A stretch of DNA of 64,000 nucleotides from Balanoglossus misakiensis (Eukaryota; Animalia; Hemichordata). The DNA lies in the NCBI GenBank assembly GCA_040954595.2, contig CM082584.2, forward strand, positions 5,336,110-5,400,109, given 5' to 3'. Shown here piece after piece: positions 51,901 through 63,900 of the stretch. The notes below the pieces were generated by a model that worked only from the letters and a program-made list of their open reading frames with translations, searched no databases and was not told where the DNA came from. The translations under genes and the position numbers were made by a program. Within the stretch, counting starts at the first letter, position 1; each line of letters begins with the position of its first letter.

Positions 51901-54900
51901 ATTAGGGCATACACGTACATGCTGTTTTAGTGTGAAATGTTAAAGGTTTGTGACATGGGCGTGGGCGTGTATTACTTGTATGACGTGTATTACTTAGTGA
52001 GCTTGCATACATGTAAATGGTGCACCTGACTTGATCGGCAAAGGATGTTGTTTTTGGGCGCAGAGGACCAGCAGCTTCTACAAGAATTAGAACATTACAT
52101 ACAAAAAATACATTACATGATTCAAAGGACTTCTCCAAAATTACCTGAAAGTCTTGAAGACATCCTTGGAAGCCAGTGAAGAAACCCACATCCGGTTTCA
52201 ACTGAGCATAATCAGGTACCCCTCCAACATACAACGATGTGACGTCTAAACCAACAGCCACACCTTCAGCTTGTCCAGAGAAGGATTGATCATCGACTTG
52301 CAGGGTGACAAACTTGCCACTTCGGATGACCACAATATTATGCCATTCATTCAATGCAACTGCGTAACTTGTGACTCGTCCAGTAACAGCACCTGTGGAA
52401 ATTATAGACGTTGCCATTTTGGTGAAAATAGTCAGAATTATGCACAGTCAATAAAAATGTTGGGATTAACATTATTCTCAAGAGTAAAAAAACAATATAC
52501 AGTTTAATTTCTACTACAGTGTTTAATGAATTTACTTTTATTTGGAAACATTTTTCGACTAGTTAACCACATATTACTGAGGATTTTTTTCATATCTTGT
52601 CTGAATGTGGCATGACATACTGGTCTATTAGTGGGTAATTATGCATCAATCATATCCTATAATACTGGATTAGAATCACTTCCACATTTCCTACAGATTT
52701 TAAAGTGGGCTTCAGTTTAAGCTTTTAGTATTAATAAAGGGGCAAGGTAGTGGCAATGTTAGCAAAAAGTTCACTTACATTACAGTAAACATTACTGGTG
52801 TTAAACATGACTGGCTATAAACCACCATTAACACCACTGTAATTTGATACATTTCATTTGTGTGCATTTGTCTGTACTGACATATTTTTTACAGCAATAC
52901 TGAATTACCTAAATTCATTCGAACTTGTATTCTGCCCTCTACAATGCCAACAGACAAAAAATCTGCAATGTTGGTGCGACTGTCTTCAAGGTAGAGCAGG
53001 AATCCGTCTGGTCGGATCGGTCTGACACGCATGTTGATTGATGTTTGTGTGTATATATTGGGTGGTGTTTGGAATTCAAAGAAGGAGTCTCCATAAAACT
53101 CTGGTATTATCTTGGAGAGATCTGGGAAAGAAACAGAAAACATTAATAAGCATGGCAGATCTATAAAAACATAAAAGAAGTAAAATTGCCAATCACAGTA
53201 CAATACACATTATTATATTATCTCAGCATGGGCAATTTGTGGTGCGACACAAACAACAAAATCCAACCAAAATCACTCACATACAATCAGAATTTAAAAC
53301 AGTCAGACACATTTAAAAAAGTGTATCACAAGATTGCTAATGGTTTCTAATTTATTTGAGTAAGAAGATGGCTTTGGGGATACTGTAAAACACTTTATTT
53401 TCGCAAGTTGAAATTTTTGCGATATCGGGAGAGGCCATTGTTTCACGAGTATTAATTTTCGCATTCTCTGATTTCATTCACTGCATCGTTATCTGCAAAA
53501 AAAAATTACGCGACTTTCACGCAATTTTGCGAAAATTTACTGTTCGCGAAAATAAAGTGTTTTACAGTATGTTCTTGTAGATTACCTTGTGTTTGATTGC
53601 AATATTGTCCAGTTTTCTCAGACGGACACAGGCATGTATAGCCCTGCGCTGACGACATGCAGGTTGAACCAGCAGCACACAGATGATTGCTGCAAAAGTC
53701 AATGGTTTGTTGACAGTCTACGCCGTGATATCCTGGAGGGCATTGGCAAGTGTAGGATCCGGCCGATGGCAGACACGTGGCATTGTTTTGACACGGATTA
53801 GCTTCACATAAATCGGCGTCGCAGTGTGCGATATTCACTCCATTTAGTGCTTCAGATGTACTGAAACTGCAAACAACATGATGTGTCACTTCACAATGTG
53901 CTCAAAAATGTAAAACAGCAATAATCAGTAAATGCCACTTATACCCACAGTTGTAAGACGGATATAAACAATACAGATCTAGAATTTGCAGATACACTAC
54001 AGAAATGTTTAAAATTATGTTGATCTGCCTTTGAGTGGGAACATTGCATGTATTAGGAAAGTAATGCGGAAAATTATAAAATGACACTTTTGAAAACAAG
54101 AAGACTTCAAGACTTCACTTTTCCACAAGCTTTCGTTCAAATTAAGTTGAACTATGTTAGTTGAACTATGTTCCAAATAAAATGTACCAAAAAATCAAAT
54201 GCGAAATGACTGCCAAACTCCTAAGTTTAACACCAAACAAAAACGAAAATACACAGTGAAGTCACTTAATTTATGTTGACAGTTGAAAATACATAACACC
54301 ATTTCAGTTTAAACATTGCTGAAATGAGAATTATCTTTTTTTTAAATTTTAAAGTCTAATTTTATTTGATTGGAACTTACTTGTAATGGTAACCCTGAAT
54401 GGCCAGTTGGAGAATACAACCTGTGAATCCAGTAGTGATACCTGCTCTCTGTGAGGGCGCTGTATAGTCATCAATGCCACCTACATACACTTCGGGTTTG
54501 ACATTCAATGATGTCAGTAGACCCTGCGCACTGCCAATCTTGGGGCTGTCAATCAAACAAAGGTACAGAGGCCACTGCCATTACATTTATTTAATGGTAC
54601 CTAAAAAGACTGGTTGTGTGAAATCCAAAATATGGGTCGTGCGATCACTGGTAAACATGCTCTGCGATCGGTCGTACGACTGGTTGTGCGTCATGTAGAA
54701 CATGGTACCTCGTCTTGAATACTCGATCAGGAGGGATTGAACAAATTTGGAAAGGAGCTCAGTTGAAACACAGTCTTTTCGTATAGGAAGTTTGGCTAGG
54801 TTATCCTAAATTGTGAAACACACGGTTTGTATGCATGAAATTATGTGTTGTGTGCCATCTATAAGCCCATATGGCACACCACTGACTCAACAAACTCACT

Positions 54901-57900
54901 GGTGACTCAAGAAAATTATCTGTCGATCTTCACTTTAGTCAGAGATTGGTACTGATGTCCATCACGTCAAATACTAACCTTTGACCTTCTACTGTTAATG
55001 TACAAGTCAATCCATTTCTATCGATGTTAACAGTCGTCCAAGTATTGGTTTCAATTGGATCACTGGTTACACGGCCAGTACTGCCACCTATATGTGCAGA
55101 AGAAAAGAACTCAGCAGGTGGGTATGTGGTTGGATCATCGGTAAGTCCATGTATTTATTTGCAAACATTAAAATATGATATAGTAATGACTATTAAAACG
55201 TTTCTGGAAGATGGGTGATTTTAGCATTCACATTTCAAAGCAAGACAACTACTGTCAGATTTCATGCATGGCTGTATAAGAATCTCATCAGTACCTGTTT
55301 TGGGCTTTGCAAAATAACCACTGAGAAAGAGTCTTTAATATTGGTCAGATTTTAGGGATTTATTGTCCCCCCCCCCCTCCAAGTTGTGAAACAAATGCTC
55401 CCTATTAACCATTCCACCACCATGGTTCAGTCCAAACCCATTGCTTTCTATGGTAAGGTTGGACCTAAAAGAGGGAACTGGGGGTGAAAGGGTTAAACTT
55501 TCTGCTGTATGCAACAGTGACATCTTACCTAAGTTGAATTCAAACTCCACCTGGCTATTGACCAATGACAAGGCAAAGAAATCGGCCAGAATATTATCTT
55601 GTTTGCCAAATAGTAACAGCCCATCAGTCGCCTGACTTCGGAATTGAATCACCACAGAGAGTGTGTCTATTACACTGGGTTCTGCAGGAAGTGCAAACTT
55701 GATGTAGGAATCACCGTCAAATGATGGAATGCTGAATGATACCGCTGAAATAAGAGAAGAAAAAATAAGGATTCATTAGTGAACTTGATATCACCAGATG
55801 TTGTTTACCAAAGACAGCAAAAATTTCAGCACAATTCTAACAAACTTTGCTTAGGTCACCCTTAGTAACCTGGATATTGTCAGATGAACATTTCATTGTC
55901 AGATGAATATTTAACTTATGGCTAAGATGTATATATATGCCAAGTAGGCCATTTTATCAGTGTATCTTCACGGTTTTAATATTGTATTTTATGAGCTTAG
56001 TTGTTTTTTTTTATTGTAAAGCGGTTTGATGTTTTTACTGATGGAAATCGCTGTATAAAAATAAATTATTATTATTATTACTCCATTTTAATAGCTGTAT
56101 ATTTCATGTCTTTGAACAGTATCTCAAAGTATTGCTAGAATGTATTACTTTGAAGTTTTAACTAATGCAAGACTTGTTCAGGATAATACACTACACTACA
56201 CAGCACAGTGCAGTGCAGTGCAGTATAGTACAGTACAGTATGGTACAATACAGAACAGTACAGAAAATTACAGTACAGTACAGTACAATACAGTAATATC
56301 ACTTTCAAACTTGGCAAACATCTCAAAGTTGAGAGCACACTTACCAATTTCACAGAGTGGCCCAGCATAACCAAGTGGACACTGGCAAGAGGTTGTAGAT
56401 CCACTGACCAGACAAGTGGCACCATGTTGACAAGGGTTGACAGAACAGACAGAAATCTCGCAATCTAAGCCTGAGTATCCAGCATCACATAAACAGCTAT
56501 AGCTACTGTCAGCCTACATCAAAAATATAAAACGTTAGTGTGAGTCATAAATACTTTAAGAATATGATGAATATCACAGCTAACCATGGCTTGCATAAAT
56601 TAAAACAGGCCCTCAACCAATCACAAAACTGTATTCGTGGCCTTGTTACACTGATATAATACATAATAACTTTTCAGAATGAATGCAAGTCCTTTACATA
56701 ATTCTATATATATTGTCATATTTACACAAAGTAAAATAAGAGCAAAGACTGTTGCCAAGATGCAATGACTACCTGTTGTTGACACTGGCCTCTTCCGTTG
56801 CAAGTCACCAAGTCACAGACATCAACGAAACAATTGCCAATATTCACACCTCTGAAGTAACTATTGACAAGATCCACAGACTGACTGGCAAGTTGTAAGT
56901 CATTAACACAACCAATGAAGTCACCAGAGATCAGTAGAAGTGAATTCATATCCTGTAATACAATGCAGAGACAGTGGTATTACAATCAGCATGAAACACA
57001 GGAGACAGACAACATAACTTTAATGGCACCTCACCTGATGAATTGACATTACACTGTGCAATACAACAAACACAGTTACCAGAACATGTACTCAATATAG
57101 ATGACAGTACACTTTATAGTTGTATAGGTCATGGCAGTTGTCAACAAACCAGCACACACTAATACCAAATCATGTGGTAATGACAGCACACATTAATACA
57201 GTAGAACCTTGCTATACAAATCATGACGGATGACAATGTTTGTTACACTGAAGTGTTTGTTATACTGAACTCATTGATAAGTAAATTATCGGGAGTTTGT
57301 TCCTGAAAAGACAAGGCAGGACCCAGTGAATTTCTCTAACATTTTTTTCTATGGTTGGTGGCACTATTTCTGTACACACGTTCCCTACAGCAAAGATCTG
57401 TCCATTTCTTTGATTGATAAAAATTGAGATGACAAGATCCTCATCAAACAATAAGACTGCAGTGTACCTACCGTAGGAACTCCTCCAACATAGACCGTAC
57501 ATATCCCACTGATGACAGAACCAGAATATGAAAACACTGTCTTATCTGTCTCATCCACCGTCATTAAAATGTTTCCACTTCCTTGCTGTACACTGACAAC
57601 ATGAAATGATCCGTCACTGTAACTGTTCTGACTGGTTAAACGTACTTCTGCATTATTGCCCACTTTCATTTGGAACTCAATCCGTCCATCTCCAACATAC
57701 AAGGACAGGTAATTACCTGCAACATCAAAACAGCACATTCATAAAAAAAAATACTCTAGGCTTTGGAAATTGGAAAGGATTCGACACTATGAATCGAAAC
57801 TTTGAACCAACAACCGTATAGTCAATTTTTTCAAGTGAACAATACAATCAAACTGGCTGCAATTTGATTTACCATAACCACTCCAATAATTCAACTGCTC

Positions 57901-60900
57901 CATTAGTTCGACCACTATTCTTTGGGCACTTATTTGACAACCTCCAACTGTTCGACCAGTGTATAACGGCACAATCCCCCCCCCCCCCCCCTGTAATTCA
58001 ACTGTGGAGTTTCATTATCCTTATATATAGCGCCCGCCCTCTATGGGTACAGGTATGGGAATAGATTGGAAAGTTTTACACAGTCGTCATAGCACTGATG
58101 AAATACAGTGCACTAGTTATGTTTTCCACTCAGAAAGATTCATTTACCTGCAGATTCCTGCTGGACAACATACAACAGTACTCCATTTAACGAAGACGCC
58201 TTGAATGAAATGACTACGTTAAGCTGTCCAAAGAACGCATGGTTGTATTGTAGATAACTGTATTCAGCAAATGATGGAATTGCAATAGTTACACCTGGGG
58301 GAAAGAAAATGAGATTTATAATGAGAGATGAACTTTGATGGCAAATACAGACAAGGTATGTGCAGAATGTAAACTTGGTGCAAATGTGTGCGCATTCATC
58401 TTTTTCCATCTGATTAAATTAAAAATAGCTAGAAAACTCACTTCTACTTCAGACGCCATTGTAAGAGTACACAACTATCGTGGTTTTGCACTCATGGGTA
58501 TTAGAATCTGAACATATTCAAAATGGTGTCGTCTGCTGGCTGAGCATAAGGAGAAAATTGTACAATGCTAAAATAGCAGCTAGATGGGGCTTTAACCCTT
58601 TCACTGCCATGGTTCATTCCAAACCCATTGTTTTCAATGGTAAACCTGGACCTCTATAGAGGGAACTGGGGATGAAAGGGTTAAGGATTTCAATAAGATA
58701 TGACCTACTTTGTTCACAATAGTCACCAGTTAACCCAACAGGACACAAACACTGGTATTGGTTGGCAGTGATGGGCACACACTCGGAATTAGCGTTGCAC
58801 AGATTACCGAGACATGGATTAAACTGACATCGATCACCAGAGTATGGTACCGCACAGTTACAGGTGTATCCATTATTCTACAAGTCAAACAAATATAAAT
58901 GGTCACTTTCTTATTTCGTAGTAACATCATTTCAGACAAGCGAAACAACGACTGATACAGCTCCGGTTCTCATGGGTTGACAATACTTTATTTCACAGAT
59001 TTGGGATGGTATGTTGTAAACTGCAAAAGGCAACCTCATGCAGATTATAATAGGCCATCAGAACTGCAAACCCATGAGAATGTATAAAAATAGCATGTCA
59101 ACATATCATCACAAACAGACTGGATTCACACTATGTATAGTTACCACCACTTACCAAATCAACACACGTTCCAGAATTGAAACACGGACTGGATAGGCAT
59201 TCATCGACATTGATCTCACAACTGTATCCTGTAAACCCAGGTGCACACTGACAGGTGTAACCCTGGGATGTCAAAGTATTCACTTCACATTCTCCATCAT
59301 TCTGACACGGATTAACTAAAAAGAAAATACCAAAAACAAAGAAATTAGTAAATGCATGGTATGCTTTTGATCAAAAGTACAGACATTTGAAGAGGTCTTT
59401 TCAGAGAAAAATTGAAAATTTGAATACAGATAATAACCTGCTTGAATTCTGGAATCATGCGAATAAAATGAGTACCAAAAGAACTAAAGACATCCCTACA
59501 GAGTTTTATGACAACAGTGGCTCTGCAGTTTAGATTCTGCTACAGTTCTACATACATGTATGTGGACATAAGATTTTGAAGACCTTTACAATTTACACTA
59601 TTTTATGCTTCAGATGTAGCTCTGTGTTAAGGGTTGTCTTTATAAGTTTGTTCCTGGCTGTTCACACACATTTTTCCGTGCCACTTGACACTTCAGAGAT
59701 GAGCGTTGCCACACTTACCATAACAGTAGTCACAGAAGAATCTTGTTTCCAAGTTTTGACAGAAGACCCCCGACGGACAGGGATTGGTGAAGCAATAGTT
59801 CCATTCTTCACAGTTGGCACCAATATATTGAAGTGAACAGACACAGGTGTATAGGGTCCCGTATTGAGTGTTGGGCAGATCTATACATGCAGCACCATTC
59901 TGACAGGGGCCGTTCTCGCATGTGTACAGGCTTTCGCACAGTGATCCGGTAAACCCTACTCTGCAGTCACACCTGTCATACAAACAAAAAACTGATAGTC
60001 AGGGGTATGATTGAAAGTGAATGAAGTGAGGATTGGAAAGCAGCCTGTTGACAACCAAAAATTAACACCACTGGATCCCACAGTTGACTTTGTGAAACAT
60101 ATAGTTGACCACGAACATGGTCATTGAATGGTGCTGTCGACAGAAAGTTATCATGCTTTGTAACTACTTTTCAGTTGAAAAAAAAATCGCTTCACATGAT
60201 TCCAAGAAACAGATGGAGACAGATACATGGCTAGAAAGATGGACAGATGATCAGATGGGCATAACCCTGCTTATCTATAACCTCCAAAGTTTGTCCGAAG
60301 ACTATTTGAGGTTGCGTTGCAAGAATCGATTAATTATATAATGCTTACTTTCAACCTGTAGTAAATAATGGATGAAATGTAATAAATAATAATGTAATAT
60401 TTCTTTTAAGTCAATGACTAAAAATAAAACTAAAAACAAAAAAAATAAAACAAATGCGACACTGGTTTTTATGAATATATATTTTCAATACTCTAATCTG
60501 AATTTCAAATATAACTAAGATGAATGAAACTTGCAAATACATGTACTTATAGAGCTTAATATAAAATGAAAAGTTAAATAGTTAGAAATGAACAGTGGTG
60601 AGATTTTGTTAGTGTTACCATGAATTATGGCATGTCTCTGAACTGACTAGATCCTATTTGTTGACTTCTGACATACTTACACACAAAGACTTTGCATGTA
60701 GCTCTACCTGTGTCTGCCTGAAACTTTGTGGTTATGTTCACCGAGTATAGGAAGATCAGAAGGACAAAGGGGAAGCCAAGAGAGAGAGAGCTAGAACAGG
60801 TAGGGAAGGAATATCACAGAGGTCATTACATTCAGAAACAGATCAAGCTACTGTATTTCTCATGATCAGAGCCCAGGGCGGCTGAACATTAAAAGTATGC

Positions 60901-63900
60901 GGTCACCTATGCAAATATAGCTACAGTTACCATCGCAAATTGAGATATAGCCAATCACGGATTTGCAGTGGGTGGCACACGTAATAAAAAGAGCGCCACC
61001 ATATGTTCCTCAGAACACTCAAATAAGCAATTTCTGACATATATGGGCGTGCATGTAAATTGGAGGTGACCGTATACCTTTAACCCTTTCACCACCAGTT
61101 CTCAATAAAGAGGTCCAACCGTACCATAGAAAACAATGGGTTTGGACTGAACCATGGTGGTGAAAGGGTTAAACCATCACACATCCAGCTTGGCATGCTT
61201 AAAAATTGTCAATGGCATACATTGGGGTGAAAGCCTTTGTCTGAACATGGGTTCTTACCACGAGAAATACAGTAAATGTTAAGCCACATGTAAGAATACA
61301 GCTGTAAAATTTAAATTTCAAATTAGTAATAGAGAGATTTTTTTTCCTTTTATGCTAGGACTTCTGTAAGATTGAGAAGTTACACAGTGAACAGTCAGCA
61401 GAAACCATGACTATTCACTAATAAATAATGCCAGCATTGTGGTAAAGGTCTGACCAACAAGACTTTCATAAAATCCTGCAATTATCACTCTCAAAGACAC
61501 ACATAACTGAGCACTAATCATAATTGATTTGCAAAATTGAGCAATCATAAAAACTTAGATTTCATCTTTTCATGTATAGAGAAAACTGACCTGTAACTGT
61601 TTAATTGGTCAATGCATGTTGCTCCATTCTGACAATTATTGTTGTCACATTCATTGATTTCCGTCTCACAATCGTCACCAGTATATCCTGTTATGAGCAA
61701 ATGATACATTAGTCAAACAAATTACTGCTTGGTGATTATACTTGGAATTATTCGGTACAAGAAGTCTTGGAATTCACATGGTATGTCTGGACACTCCATT
61801 CTGTCAAGTGACTTTGTTTAACGTATCAATACCTAAGAATACTGCATTAGCCTGTGTGATCAGTAAGTATAAACACAAGAATAAACAGTTGACAGGAAGG
61901 AAGAGTGACAGTCCGACAGAAAATGTTTTTGAGACCTACCTGATAAACACATACACTGGTACTGTTCATTGCCTGTATTTAGACAAGTTGCGCCGTTCTG
62001 ACAGGGAAACGAGAGACAGGCTGGCAACGGACTCTCACAGAATTGACCCTCGAATCCCGGCATACAGCTGCATATCACATCACCGCTGAAGGACAAACAC
62101 ATCCCACCATTCTGGCACGGACTGCTACTGCATGGATCCAACGACTGGCAACGGTCTCCAACTAAGCCAGGTGGACACCTAATGAAAATGGTAATCAAAA
62201 TCATTGATATTCTTTCTAAATAACTGGCATTTCAGTTTTGTTATTTTAGTGTTTGCTGTTTTATAAGGGCCGATATGAAACTGAAATAAATGATATTTTT
62301 TATAATTATTATGAAGACAGCACTACAGTTTTGTTTGTACAAGTAGTTACAGCGCATAGCCAATTCAGGACCCATCCATGACCTCATTACATAGACACAT
62401 ACTAATATTTTGGTATGTGGTATTCAAAATTCTTCTTTGGCTCAGAGAAAAATAAAACACGAAAATTAAAAAAAATTCACTTACCTACAGACTACTCCAC
62501 CAAATGCATCTTCTAAGCAATCACCACCATTACATGGTCTAGAATCACATCCTAATAATTCGGACTCACAGTTAACTCCAGTGAAACCAGTGGCACACTC
62601 GCATGATGGCTGAAGTGGGGTTGAAAAAAAAATAGCATCAATGACACTGTGTTCCCACTTACATGTATATCTGTTAAAATTGGACTCATACTAATCAATT
62701 GGCCCTTTCTGAATAAATTTGACCAGATATTTGAGAGATATGAAGATATTGTGGTCTATAGTGTACAACCATACACAGTTATCACTGTAGTCTGTTACAG
62801 AGGATGTCTTGTGGAATGTTAGAAATTTACGGCTATCAAATTTTTAAATTAGGAGATGACGAAAACGATGTTTCATTTAGATGTTTGGTTGGTTGGTTGG
62901 TTTTTTGATTGATTGGTTGTTGATTAATTGATTGGCTGACGGACTGATTGATCGATCAGGGGTAAAAACCACACTTACCTCATTATTAATTTCCCAGCAG
63001 TACCCACCATTTTGACATGGATTTGGTAAACACACACCTAGTCTGTATTCACAGTACGTGCCACCAAATTCATCACCACACAAACAGAATGGTCCTATTA
63101 AAAAATCACAAGAAATTAAACTGAATACATGTACATATTTAACCCTTTCACCCCAGTTCCCTCATTAGAGGTTCAACCTGATGTCCTTAATACTACAGAC
63201 AGGTATCACTATAACACATAGTGATGTACATTGTATTACAGTGCAGCTTAGGAATAGCTTTCCAATTTGCTAACAACTTGCTGACACGGTGTTTATAATG
63301 AGCCAACACAGTGTTAGCCTGTGTGTTCCAAGTGTTACAAAGGTGTGAATCTGTTGGCCCTGGCACTTGGCATTGTTCAGTGTTAGCATGTGCTACAAAG
63401 GTGTTAAACCTTGGAGCACCCTATTGTTTTGGCACACAGTGTTAGCCTGTGTGTTCCAAGTGTTACAAAGGTGTGAATCTGTTGGCCCTGGCACTTGGCA
63501 TTGTTCAGTGTTAGCACCTTGGCGCACCCTATTGTTTTGGAACACCCCAGTTAAACACAAGCCCAATAGGTGCTAATTAGAGCGCCAATAGGGTGCCAAC
63601 CCAGAGTTGACCCAGTGTTTAAACAGAGCTGACCCAGTGTTGGTGCAGTTGGAAAGCTATTCCTAAGCTGCACTGTATGGTAGTAGCAAAGCAGTATGGT
63701 AATTGACCATTTTAGATTCTTACCTAAACTGTCAATGAGACACTCTCCATTTTGACACGGTGATGGAGTACAGGTTGATGCACTGATTTCACATCGATCA
63801 CCAGTAAATCCTCCCTGACACTGACACGTGTAGTCTTCATTCTCCGTTCTGCAGAGTCCTCCATTATAACATGGATTACTATCACACGGATCAGAGATCA

